Source: Podarcis vaucheri (lineage: Eukaryota). From it: 64,000 nt of DNA. The stretch lies in assembly GCA_965113315.1 (NCBI GenBank), contig OZ220363.1; one strand, written 5' to 3'. Within the stretch, counting starts at the first letter, position 1, and every line of letters begins with the position of its first letter. Under the pieces are notes generated by a model, which was not told where the DNA came from, searched no databases, and worked only from the letters and a program-made list of their open reading frames with translations. A program made the translations under genes and the position numbers. This document shows, piece by piece, positions 1-13,683 of the stretch.

Positions 1-3000
1 GTTTCTGCCTGGCTGGAATGTGTCCTTGAACCACGCTAATGACCCTTCCTTGCCTGGAGTGTGTCAAAACTGGCCTACTGTACAAATGTAACCTTCAGCC
101 ATTGCTCCGCCCACTTTTGCCTCTGGCCCTGCCCACCAATGACATGCGGCCCCTGGAAGATTGTCCGAAAGTGAATGCAGCCCCTGAGCTAAAAGGGTTT
201 CCCACCCCTGATTTAACATGCACTAATGTAGAATTAATCTAAATAAGCAACTACGAAGAGGGAATGATGTTGGGTAACATGGGTGTGTTCAGATTTTTGA
301 ATATTGAGTTGACTGTATACTGTAATTAGTATTCTTTTGACATGTGTGCAAATTAATCGAATTATTGTTCTCCTTGTAGAACATGATTTATTTTCTATGC
401 TGACTTCGCTAAATGAAATTAATTATGTAGGTTCTATAATTAGTAGTATAGTTGATAAAAGAAAAAGAGAGGAGGAAAAAATGGGGATCCTGGCAATTCT
501 GTGTCAGATACCAATTTGTGAACGCATGGAATAAACACAGCCCTGCCTATAGAGCTTAAAAGCCAACATCATCTATTACGTTTGCTGGAGACTGAGAGGC
601 ATGTTCAGCCAGCATCGTGTCCAGGAGGCAAAGCCCATAAGCTACTCCGCAGTAAGGTTTGACCCAAAGAGCTCCACCTGCTTGCTCGCAGCCCCACAAC
701 ACCAGATGGCAGAGCCCCTTCGTGCCACATGCTAAATCAGTGGAGCCCGCACCAGATTTCCTGCGGCCTTTATGCTCGAGTCCATCTAGGAGCCTCTCAG
801 CAGTGTTTTTGCCACGGAAAGGCTCTAAGGATAGGATATAAGATACCTGTTAGAGTCAATACCATTCTGCTGGAGACGTTACTAAAGCCCTGCCTTGCTG
901 GGGCCTGCACCACACTAGGGATGCTGCGACTCAGTACAGCGGTGCACCTGGACCAGTGTCAGCCGTCGGCATCCTCGGGCACCTGCGGAGGATCCATCTG
1001 CTGCCCCAGATTCCCTTGTTTGCCACTTTGATGAACACAATGCTGAATTGCCCACAATGCCCCAGAACAGTGTACTGGGGGGCAAGTACAATGGCAACGG
1101 CTTGATACCCAGAGAGGTGCTGCTACCACTGCCCTTGCCTTCCTCCTTTGGTAAGCGTACTTGCCTGCCTCATGTCCATTGGAAACAGAGGAGGAAGAGG
1201 TGGTGATGCTAGGAGGGAAGAACTGCCTGCTGCTGGGGGGTGGGGGGAGCATAAGACGAACCTATGCTGTATGGTCCTGTACTGCTGCCAGTTGCAATGT
1301 GAACTAGATTATTTGTAGGCTCTCCTTCCAACTCTCTGGGCCATTCTAGATTATTTTCAGGGCACAAAGAGCATGTTGTTTTGACACTCTTGTTGCAGGC
1401 ATAAATATTACGTTACTCAGAGCAGACCTGATGAAATTAATGAACACGACTACATTTCCATAATACCACCCAATAGCTATTTAAGAGGCCCATTTTCTCA
1501 ACACTCCTGGATAAAACCTTTTGACGATCTGCTTTTAACAAGCAGGCGCCCTTCAGAAGATCCTCTAGTGAGCTCTCTTTTTAGAAGCTGTCTAGGCTTG
1601 CAGCACCCAAGACTTGAGCTCAGCAGTTCTCTCTTGGCACAGCAATCAAGAATCAAGCAATGCACACAGGACCTCAGCACACTTTTACACGCCACAAACT
1701 CAGCCCAGCACACAGAGACCCACAGGCATCTACTAGAGTTGTGAGTCGCAAAAGCAGGCCATGATGTGTGTGGTTCCCCCCCCCCCAAAAAAAACCCCTA
1801 TGCCGTGTAAGGAGTTGTTGACAGCAAGAGCACCCTTTGTTAGGATAAGAAGTCAAGTAGGAATAAAAGGAATTTGGAATGGCTTCCATGTTTTGGTATG
1901 AAAGTACAACACCCAGGAGAGTCAACGAAATGGAACCAGCCTGCCCTGACTTGCACAAGCTTGCCTGACACATTGGTGAAAGGTGGCTGTTCTACACAAC
2001 AATCTGAAGAGCAGTCAGAGGGAGCAGTGGGAGAGGGGTCACCAGTTCAGTGAAAGACTTCCCAGTTCAGCTCCCAGCCTGGATTTCAGGTAGAAGGAAT
2101 GGGAAAGGCCTCTCTACCTGACACCCTGGGACACTGACTCAGATCAAGGCTGCGGATGGAAGGCTAGCCCGGTTGAAGTCTGTCAGCTATGTGTCTTCTT
2201 CAAGTCCACCTATTCTAGCCTCCTGAATTTGGAAGCAGATTGGCCTGAATGTTGTGAAAGAATGGTAAATACATCTTGAGTGTGGAAATTGCATAGGATA
2301 GCATTTGCCAAACATTTGCCTCCAGGTGTTTTTGACTACAATTCCCAGCGAAGACTGCCTTAACAGCAGCACTGATGGATCAGACCAAAAGGCTGAACCA
2401 ATTTATCACCTTGCTGCCAAGAAATAGTCAGGTTGCCATTGCCACAGTTTTTCCACAGTTTAGGCTACTGATGGCAGACTAGGTGAGGGGAGAGGACAAA
2501 GTTGTTTACTGGCATGTTCCAACTCTGAATTACCTGTTTCTGAAACAGAGGTTCAAAACAGGAAGGAGAACAGGCTCTAGTACTTACTTGAAACAAGACC
2601 TCTTTTTAGCTCTATGTGTGTTGTTGAATAGTGTGTTTTTTAAAACAAAAGTTCAATATGGTCTTATGACAACCAAAGTTTCGTAGTTTTTATTTTGCAT
2701 TTATGTATGTAAAAATGTATATGGTATAAATGAGTATTATCCTATGCTTAAGAATCAGTATTTCAATGTCCATTAACTCCATTTATAGCAGGTATAACAG
2801 ATGTTGCTGAACTATAACTCTCAACATCCCTTGCCATCGGCCATGCTTCCTGAGGCTGATGGAAGTTGTAATGCAGCAACATCTGGAGGGCCAAAGCTTC
2901 CCTATGCCTGGTCTACAGCTCCTGAAGGGGGAGTATTTCACTCCAAAATGTATAGAACGAAAATGAAAAAGTATTCTACCAGTAAGCACTGGACCCGTTC

Positions 3001-3352
3001 TCCTTTCTTTTTTGATTCTTCATGGTGCTTCCTGTATTGCTGAAGTGAAGGTGACAAGTTCACAGTGACACTGGGAGAAAAATTCCCATAGCACTGTCCA
3101 GAACAAACAAAGGTATGTTCTCTGAACATTGTCTGTGTGTGTTTGTGGTGTGCCAGAGGTCATTAGGCCTTGGCAGAGTAAATGCTCCAGCACCTGTCAG
3201 CTGCACTAAGCTCCAAGGCCAAATATTAATTTCTATCAACAGACTACTGGACAAGCCACTACAGAAAACAAAAACTTCTGCCCTATAGTCAACAGCAACT
3301 GTACACACAAGGTATGCCATCAGGATACAGTAACAACAGCTACACCTACACC

Positions 3353-3354
<2 letters not shown>

Positions 3355-3391
<37 letters not shown>

Positions 3392-3408
3392 CTAAACACA
3401 CACACACA
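3355..3408. repeat. (CA)n microsatellite, interrupted
   Basis: Direct reading. Confidence 0.95.
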
Positions 3409-3450
3409 CCACTGCTTGGATAGGTACATCCCTACCCCTGCCCTGTTTAC

Positions 3451-3555
3451 CTGATTGCCGACGCCCCTGCCGGCCATACTGAGGAATGTCTTCTGTAGCT
3501 TGGTATGACAAGGACTTCTTCAGCCTCTCTGGACTGTATTTGTAGCGAGAAGGAT
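3451..3555 (-). CDS. PLEKHG3: PLEKHG3 coding exon 11
   Basis: (Y)[34 protein letters not shown]; 105 nt; |gtaaac. Confidence 0.92.
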
Positions 3556-6500
3556 CTAAAGGAAGCGGCAGGAGTGTTTGAGAACCTGTTAACTGCCCCC
3601 ACTTGGTATGACCAACCCCCTCACGCATGAACCAAGCTAATACCACCTTACCATTCTAATCCCCTGAATATTACATTTAGCAGCAGAGGCTCCAGCAAGC
3701 AAACTCAGGCTCGGTTCGCAATCCAAGGAGGTGACAATTATATTAATTACAAGAGACAGAGAATTGGATCATCAATACAGCATTGCATCTCAGAATCACA
3801 TTCCACTTATTGTTGATTTCTGTGTTGTGCAATCTTCCTGCAACCAGATGATAGAACCTAACCCCACGAGGCAGAGTACATTCTTAGACCTGTGTTGGGA
3901 AATTCTGACATGTCTGCTGTCTCGCCCTGCTGAGGACACAGTAAGCAGGAGGAGGGTTTCTAAAAACAAACTACTGGGACAATTATTATTTTTAGAAAAT
4001 AATGGAAACTTACAGTATGAGTCCATTTCCAAGATAGCTTCCTTGGCCTGAAGGAAAGAAGGTATTGGCTTAGCACTAAACTGAAAAGGAAATGGAAATC
4101 CAGGATCCTGAAACCTGAGGCAATGGGGAGTTCCCACCTCTCTTCCCTCCCCCCAAAAATAGGAAAGGAGAAAGGAGGTTCCCCTCAGTCCCATCATCCC
4201 TGGACACTAGGAACAAATTCCATCACAACTGTTGCCCCTTTCTCAGGACAAAGGAGCAGACAAAATTCCAAATACCAAACCTCTCATACCCACATTATGG
4301 AAGCTCCTAGCTTGATATGGCTGGGCTTTGTAAGATTCAGTAAAGAGAACCAATCAAGCATACTCAAGAGTAAAGAAAAGGCAAAGATTATAGAAGAAAG
4401 AACACATCCAATAGCACCCCTCTGATTCAAAAAAGAAAAAGCATTTCTTGAGACATGGCTCAGACTAAGCTTTAAAGAAAGGCAGAGAACTCCATGGGGT
4501 CTCCAGCATCCATTCTACAGGCATGCGAAGGAGAAGGAAGGAGAGCCTCCACTTACTTTCTGAGGGATGATGGCGTGGTGGTTTTCCAGAATCAGGCGCT
4601 TGATGTGATGAGTCCAAACCCGCTTCTCCTCCCCTGATTTGGCCTGGAGACAAAAGTACGCCTTATGCATCTTGGAAGCTAGGATTACTCACCTGACTCA
4701 GCTACACCTCAGCCCTTCCACTCTTTCTGCTGTTACCATGCAAACGCACACACCAGGGCTCCTTCCCAAACCTTGCCACCAGCCCCCACCTCCTGCGGAC
4801 ACTTAACAACTCACACTCTTATTCCCCAATTAGCATTCTTATGACCAGTATCTCCACACCGCTGACAAACATCGGCATTGCAATGCACCAACAAACTGCC
4901 CTAACCCCTCATTCACATCCTCTTCCTTCCAAAACACACACCTTGTATTCTCTGCCCCAAAACCAATCAACCCATTTTCTCAGGTCCTGTTACTGGCCCT
5001 CTTATTTCCACTCGGTGCCTGCCTGTTCTGCATCAGGCACCCCATCAACACACGTTTCAAACTATCTCCGCACCTTGCCCCCAAATCACTTTCAAACCCC
5101 CTTATAAAGGACGGTGGCTTATCTCACCTGGATGTTGTACTGCTGTTTGCTGTGCTTGTAATGGGTGACGGTGAAGCACAGTGAGTCTCGTGTACTCTCA
5201 ATCAGCATCAGGGAGGAGCACTGAAGGAGCAGAGGGAGAGATGTCAAACCAATGTACCCATTACAATGTCAACAACAAAAGTTCGCCACATTTGCCATCT
5301 CTCTGAATCATCCAAGGGCTGCCAGGATAAACAGAGAGGCATCCACAGAAGGACGACAAAGACCTTTTAACTTGACCAACTTTGGGTGGCCAAGGTTTGG
5401 GGACGATGACCATACGGTTTGTTATAATATTTATAAGTGTGTGTTTGTCAATTCCGGTGTTGTTGTCAGTTCCTTTTTAAAAACAATGTAGTGTACTGAA
5501 TTTCAGGACAGACATAAATAATATAAAGAAGAAAAACATGCTGTATTCAGAACTAAAAAACACCAGCCCCCCTCCCACCCCATCATCCACTGACCCTCTC
5601 TCCCCACCCCTTCCACAGAGAATTTGATGCCATCAGCACATCCAAAGCATATTCATACTTGGTTATGGTAGGGACACAGATTCAAGTAAAGAAAAAGTAT
5701 CCGGTGCATACACCTCTCAGGCTTAAAACAGCCAAACAGATTTGTATTGGGTTGGAACAGATCTATTATCACCTTGCATATGCACATGTTGTTGTTGTCG
5801 GTTCCTGTGCCTTTGAGATGGGCGAGAGTGGCACATATAAATATATAAATGTTTGGTGTACAGAAAGATTAAGGGTAGCCTTTCTTGGCAACAGCAAAAC
5901 AAAGAGAAAGGAGATGGGGGTGAAATTTGGGGCAGTCACTTCACACCATCACATTGTGGGGTCAGCAGGTGCCACTGCAATTTATATACAAGCCAGTAGC
6001 AAGAAAAATGGATTTCCCCCCACTCCCTTTTGGCTGTGTGGAAATAGCAGCACACCCATTGATACCCTTTTCCTCTTAATTAGTCTGGAAAAGCCACCAC
6101 TCCTTTGATTTTGCATTCAAAGTCACTAATGCAAATGTGTCTGTGGAGCAATCCTCCTTGTTTTCTTGCAACTGGGTATTTGAAGGGTAACAAATTCACA
6201 CTGTTGCTCTCATGTATATGTCCTTTGAGAAATGCCCTCGCCATCCCTCTCCCCTCCTGAGTTATGCCTAGGATTGTGCTGGAAGACAGAAGGCAACAGC
6301 CGTGGGAGAGTCAGGTCAGGTAGAGAAAAGTTTGCCTTGGGGCCTTCTACACTGGATCATAAATTCACATCTGTTTCAGCTGTCAGGTATGAGTTCCAAA
6401 GTGACAAAGAATGATTCATGCTCACACCCCTCCTACCCTGAATACCCAAGATGCCTTCCTGACCCCTCAAAAACAGGGAGGAAGAATTAATCACACTGCC

Positions 6501-9500
6501 TACTCATAGGGAGGAGGAGGAGATGAACTTCTTTTCAGTTCACGTTTAATAGTGAATCTACTTATTTTGCACTTGCCAAAACAATACATGAAACGAAACT
6601 CAGCCAGCCTTTGGAATTCACATTTCTCCAAATTTTACAGTGCAGTCCTCCATCCAAGTAATGTGCACAAAAATGCAAACATTAGGGCAAAGTGTGCATA
6701 AAAGTACATGGATCATGGTAAATAGCATAAAAAATATGTTAGGTTAGGGGAAATTGCTTTGCATGAATGTGTATATATCAGAAGAAATTCACACTAAAAT
6801 GCTGGTGAATTTTCATGGACTGTAAAAAAAACAAACCAACTGATGTGGAAATGTGGATGACTGGACTTCAAGATTGGAAAATTGACAGACACCAAAACTG
6901 AAAAGATTCACTCATCCCCATGAATGAACAGAATTGCAGGGTTGGGACTACTTACTGGAATGTGGCTTTTGTATATATAATGATCGCCCCGTTTCTTTGT
7001 TATCAGCAAGATCTTGTCAAACAAGAAGAAAGTTCTCTCATTCCTGACCCGATGGACACGGAAAGTACCCTCCAGCACAAGCTCTCCATAAGTGGTCAGG
7101 TCAGGACCCTTCCAGTTTATAAGCAATGACTGAATCTCCTGTAAAACAGCAAAGGGGGGGGGGCAGTCAGAAAAAAAGGTGAAATATTTCCATCCCTGTT
7201 AGGAGCCATTTCAAGGCAATCCCAAACAGAGTCACAAAGATGCCAGCATTGGTTGTAGTCTGTACTGTGACAGAATTACAGCCATTTGAGAATTTGGGGG
7301 CGGGGGGATGTTTTATGGTATGTGGGTAGTACTCAATGCCACACAAGTAGTGTTCCACTAGTGCAACAGGGCTTCCTCTCCCCACCTGTCCCCGAAAGTT
7401 GCTCCAGGAGGTCTCCCTACCCTCTGGAGCAGATTTTGAGTACAGTGGTGCCTCGCAAGACGAAATTAATCCGTTCCGTGAGCCTCTTCATCTAGCGGTT
7501 TTTTCGTCTTGCGAAGCAACCCTATCAGTGGCTTAGCGGATTAGCGCTATTAGCGGTTTAGCGGCTATTAAAGGCTTAGTGGATTAGCGGCTAAAAGGCT
7601 ATTAGCGGCTTAGAAAAAGGGGGGAAAGCGAAAAAAATCAGAACACTTGCAAGACGTTTTCGTCTTGCGCAGCAGCTCAAAAACAGAAAACCCTTTCGTC
7701 TAGCGGGTTTTCCGTCTTGCGAGGCATTCGTCTTGCGAGGCACCACTGTATGTGCAAGGGGCTTGAGGGGAGATAAGAGCAGCGAGGGGGGAAGTCCCAT
7801 TGTACAAGAGAAACGGCAGCATTGGATACAATGCTATACATTTAGCCTGCAGAATACATTCATTTCAACACAACTCAGAATATAAGCTTCCCCCCAACAC
7901 TTCCATTGTTTAACCTTCACAAACATTCAAAGTATTTTCGAAATCTGTCAGCAGTCTTGAAAATAAATGCCTAGCATTACCAACCACAAAATGATCTGAA
8001 TGGTTTCGTACCCAGAGGGTCTCTTTCATCTGCAAAAGTTAAAGAAGGGAATCTTAAGTATTCTAAATATTTGTCCCTTTCTCCTACTTAGTTTGAAAGG
8101 TTCTAAGGATCTTCCATATGAGACACTGGAAAAGTAGATTAGTCCAGTGTAAAGTCACTCTGTGAGGCTGAACCAAAGCAGCAAGACCCTATTTTTATAT
8201 ATTTCTGTCATTTATACCCAGTCTTCTAATGAACTATTCAAGGCTGCTTCTCTCTCTGCCTCAATGTTCCCTCTGCTATCCATGAGAACGTGTACACTTC
8301 CAAACTGGACTCCAATTCCCTTCAGCCCCAAGTCAGCACGGCCAATGTTCAGGGATGATGGGAGTTACAGTCCAGCAACATCTTAGCATGGGCACAGGCT
8401 CCCCATTCCTGAGTCAGAGGGTTCTAATGTTACAGGTTGAAGCCAGAAGGGGCATCGTGACAAATCATTCAGCCGGAACTCCGGTATTATTACAGGACAT
8501 TCCATCAGCAATTCCTGCATCTTGCCCGAAGCCCAGTAAAGAAGCATTTGCTACACAGCCCCCATAGATCAGAATATGATCCACAGCTTGTGTAATATAA
8601 ACCACCAACCCATAATAAGAGTCATTTAGAAAGAATTTTGCTCCCACCATCTTCCTTCGCTCTGGACAGATCGCTACAGGTGGCAACCCTTCATTTTTAG
8701 TAACTTGCTCTTTCTTTTTAATCCTTATGTAGTTTCCAATTTGTGGATGTTTTCATGCCATTACAGTGGTACCTCGGTTTACAAACTTAATCCGTTTCTG
8801 AAGTCAGTTCTTAAACCAAATCTGTTCTTAAACCAAGGCACGCTTTCCCTAATGAGGCCTCCTGCCGCCGGTGCCCTTCCACCATTCGGTTTCCATTTGT
8901 AGACCAAGGTAAAGTTTGCAAACCGGAACACTACTTCCGGTTTTGCGGAGTTCGTAAACCAAATTGTTCGTAAACAGGACTGTTCTTAAACCGAGGTACC
9001 ACTGTATATTGCAGATGACTAAAGAATTGATTGCCCCAGTTCAAATTATTTTTGTAGTTATCTTAAAGCTTGCCTACTGTTTCCATAGGGTGCCATCATC
9101 ACCTTGCTCAAATTCCCTGCAGAAATAAATGAATTGGCTGAAAACGCATATGAAAAGTAAGGTAAGGCCTGACACCACCTACAGCAGGCACGGCCAAACT
9201 TGGCCCTCCAGCTATTTTGGGACTACAGCTCCCATCATCCCTGACCACTGGGGATGATGGGAGTTGTAGTCCCAAAACAGCTGGAGGGCCAAGTTTGGCC
9301 ATGCCTGACCTACAGCAACCTATGTGCACTTCTAAAACCTCAAGAAGAGAAAAATTTAAATTCAATGTTTGGGAACTTGTCAGTAAATATCCATGACACT
9401 AATGCTGGTAAGGGTGGAGTCCTCACAAGGGTGTTTGCAAGACTGAATAATGTAAATGAAATCTGGAACGATGAGAGGATAAGGAAGTGCAAGCAAACTG

Positions 9501-12500
9501 GGAATGCACTTAAATCTGCTGGGGTGATATTGTGAGGCTATTTGCAGGACTCTAATTGTGTTAAGACTTAAACCAAAAATTGATATTCAGTACTAGGGGT
9601 CAGTCCCTGAACTTGTTAAGCATCAGGAAAGAAATGCAGATAATCACTTCCTCATCTGGGATTTCCAGGCTTGTGTCTTGTCACATCTCCTTGATGTTAA
9701 GCTCCATGGGTATTGTTGGAAGGGCCATGAAGTTAAACATTTTATGAAAGGGCTTAAATGACTGGCACAAGATGTTGAAAAGTGTGGTGCTGTGATGTGA
9801 CTGAAATAATGGGAAGGGGGGGGAATGCAGCACAGGAAAAACGACACAGTGTATGTGTGTACTGAGGTCTGGAAAAAAGGGGGAAATTAGACATTGCAAA
9901 CTGGAATGAGGAAAAGGGAATACTGGACCAAAAATGCCTTTTATCTATCGATCTATCTTAAAAATCCCTTTAGCTAGCAACACCTCATGGTAAGGAATGT
10001 TGCAGTGCTAGGAAGCAGCAGGAAAGAGAGCAAACCACTAAAGATAGTAATAATACACATGGTTGCCATCGTGTTTTGCGAGTCAGTTTCATTTTGCATA
10101 TACGTACTTAAGGGAATTTCCCTTTATGGGTTGTGAAAGGTGGCATTGCCTGATGCATCAGCCAGTGTGAATATACAACACTTACTTGTGAATTGCCACA
10201 GCTCTCCAAGGATAATGCCACACCTGGGACAACTTTCCCCTTTCAAATTACCTGCAGGCGCACAGCATGCTCGTGCTTCCGTTTCATGTCATTGATATAC
10301 CAAGCCACACAGGTCATGGTGTCAATCGCCTCTTCCACCACTTCATAGCCATCCTCTTCTATGTCGAAGTGCTTTGCTATCTCCTAGGACGAAACCACAC
10401 AGCCAAGAAGGTAAGCCAAGAGTTGTAAGGCTCTCTAACACAAATTCATTTCACCAGTTTGTTGTCTCTTGACCACTGCCCAGTTTACTAAGCTCTGGGG
10501 CCCAGGAGAGTACACAAGGGTCAAGCCAAGTAATAACTTAAAGCCATTTTAAAAAACCCATTATGCTGAATGAGTCAGATCATTGGTCAACCTAGTTCAG
10601 AACTGTCCATAGTGATTGGCAGCAGGTCTTTCGAGTTAGGTAGGACATTCCCACCCTACCTGGAAATGCCAGGGATTGGACCTGAGACCTTCTGCTTTTG
10701 AAGTTGATACTCTTATCACTGAACTATGGCCCTTCCCCAAAGCCTTAAGAAGCATAAATCATGACATAAATACTGGTTGTCTCCACTGGAGCCCTTTCCA
10801 TTCATGAAAAAGGCTTCCTGATCCCAGGGGAAGCTTCTGTGAACAGTTGGGATGTATGAGACAATGTCCGTTGATCCTTCTTCCCTATGTAACACCGTGA
10901 TTCCTCAAAAATCTGCTCCAGAGGGTTGGGAAACCCTCTGGAGCAGGTTAGGAAGATGGCACGGGAGCTGTAGGTAGAAGTGGCTCACTTCACCCTTTCA
11001 TGGAAACTTCTGCTGGATCAGTGAAATTTCCATAGGTTTTTGGGGAGAATCTTTGGAACCAAAGTCCCATGCTTTCTTTAAAAATAACAATGCAAAACAA
11101 CTTTTTCAACATGGTGGCATGTTGACTGCAGCAGCGGCAACAACAAAAGTCACTCACCTATGGAAGTACAAAAAGGTGACTATTATCATCTATGGTGGGA
11201 TTGCTTGGTAGAGTCTAGGCTAGCAAATTCAATTAGACCTGGTCTTTTTCCTTTGAACCATATTGAAGGATCAGTCCATTGGATAAATACGAGCAAGAAA
11301 TCGTAACTTACTGCAAGAAGTTTAATTTACACAAAAGATTGCGTGGGATTTGGCCATTATGGCCATATTAACTGGAGAAAAGATCAGGGGTGGAATCATT
11401 TCAGTGGTTATATTAAAAAAAAATCACCCATTAAGTTACTCAAATGTTATGTCTATTGTTGTTAAATATGACAGTATCAAGAACGTTTTATGAAAATCAG
11501 CATAGGAAGATGTAGGCTTTAGCGGTATGATGAATTGCCTGCAGGTGTCCGACAGGCTAATCACCTATTACAGGGTGCTGGGACAGATGGGCCTTTGGCC
11601 TGATCCACCAGGGCTCTTCTTACATTAATTTTTTTTTTTTTTGTTATTTATGTATTTGAATTATGAAAAATATACTGTAGAGCAAGTGGGGAAAGTCTCC
11701 TATCTCTGCATAAACGGATAAACACTGGTAACATACAAATCTGATTCCTTCACAGAAATAGGGCTGGTTTTGAAATACATACAGAGATGTCTGAGAAACC
11801 ATTTTCTTGTATAGCTAATTCCTATAATCTATATTTCCTCATGTGTGACCCACAGAGGCTATTTGTATAATTGCAAATACTCAAACTCTGTATTAGTTCT
11901 CGACTGTTCCCACTTGACTAGTGGCCAATACATTTTCTAAGAGAGAGGTGATATTTGCTTGAACACAGATCTGCACATTTTATGGTTGAATTTTAGACAA
12001 AACAGGTAGAGGATGAAACACACAGGTCCCCAAGCTGCAAAGTTAGACAACACAACTAGGCTACTGCTATATTACCTGAAGGAGCAGGTGATATTTGAGA
12101 ATGCGCTGGACAGGCTTGAGAAGGTAGGAGCCAAGGGGCAATGAGTGACGGATTTGCTCTTGCCGCTCGCGAAAGAACTTGGCCAGCTGTTTGTTCCTCA
12201 TGCACTCGGTCAGAGCTGCCACAGAGCTAGAGGGTCAAACCCATCATGGTATAATGAATAGCACTGAAGATCAAAGCAGAGAACCTCCCACCTTCCCTTG
12301 AAGATGAGTTGACAGACAGGCATGCTCAAACACCCCGACAAGGGACTGCAATGCAAGGGTTTAAAAACAAGATCCGGAAGCCAGTGACAGCCAGACTAGC
12401 TAACAGAGAGAAGCAATCAGACTTTGGCAATATAGCAAAGAATTTCCTTTGATGAGTGTGGGGAAACCTGGAAAGTCAGCCTGTTAGAGGGAAAGAAGGG

Positions 12501-13644
12501 GAAGACCCCTGGAGCAGGACTTTTGAGAACAGCTGTGGGGCTTCATTGCCTTGCCTTGTTCTTTGCCTCTCACTACGATTTCCAGAAACTTTTATGAAAG
12601 ATAAACAGATTTATATAAATCATGCAAATCTGCTTAGCTTTCATAAACATGTTCTGTTTCTGCTAGATTATATAAATCAAGGGCAGCCAACTTTAGGTGC
12701 TTTGTGGTTTTATTCTGTATTTTTATGCTGTGAAATGCCCTGAGATCTTAGATGAAGGGAGTATACAAATTTTATTAATACAAACAACAACAACATGTTG
12801 CCCTTCAGATGTTGCCGGACTACAGCTCCCATCAGCCCGGACCATAGGCTAGGCTGGGTGAGGCTGAAGGGACTTGTAATCCCACAAAATGTGGAGGGTA
12901 CCACAGTGGCTATTCCCAATATAAGATGTACAGTCTGAAAAATTCAGCTGGTTTTAGTGCAAGATTTGGGTTATCCTGTCACTGAACACTGACTTAAAAA
13001 AAAAAAAAAGCACCTACAAACTATTCTGTGTTCCGCAGAGACAGAGGCTGACCAAAGGTTTCTTCTGTGTAAAAATATTAAGTTATTAGAGAGGAAAGGG
13101 TCACCCAAGGCCCCATGAAACCAGTTCTCTCTTCACTGCAAAGGATACTCACTTAGGGTAGTTGTTACAGTATTGAGTGTAGATATCAAAATCCTGACTC
13201 TGTTGCAGGGAGAGGGAGAGAGAGAGGGAGAGAGAGAGGGAGAGAGAGGGAGAGAGAGAGAGAGAGAGAGAGCGCGCAATCAGTAAAAGATGGCTGGATA
13301 TTCACTTAGCAATAATCTCAGCTTGCCTCTCAAAACATGCCCAGTACAGCTGTATAAAAGGAATGCCAACCTCACCCTATGTACTGTTTGTTTAAGCCCT
13401 CATACCTAATGGAAGCACCCAATAAGGGTGTCGAAAGGGCTTGTGCAGCAGAATTCTGTGACACTCCATTATACAGTCAGAGATTACCACAACACAGTAT
13501 CTGCTCATCTCCTTACCCTGTCCACAAAACATCTTGCCACGGCAACAGGATCATTGTGGCAGCTGTCCAGATCCTGCAGAAGCTCACTGAGAAGAAATGG
13601 AGAAAAGGAAGAATCAGTGAGTCAGACAGACAGACAGACAGACA

Positions 13645-13683
<39 letters not shown>

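Noticed and set aside
600-3250. Further PLEKHG3 coding exons (expected EPTK-type exon)
   Set aside because: No segment with both recognisable homology and correct phase was found. The gene probably continues left of the window, though a diverged exon could have been missed.
13140-13152. GTATCCTTT (U12 consensus) overlapping the PLEKHG3 exon 4 donor GTGAGT at +5 on the minus strand
   Set aside because: The canonical U2 donor keeps frame, whereas the U12 site would add 4 nt. There is no U12 branch site before the acceptor at 12227. Likely chance.
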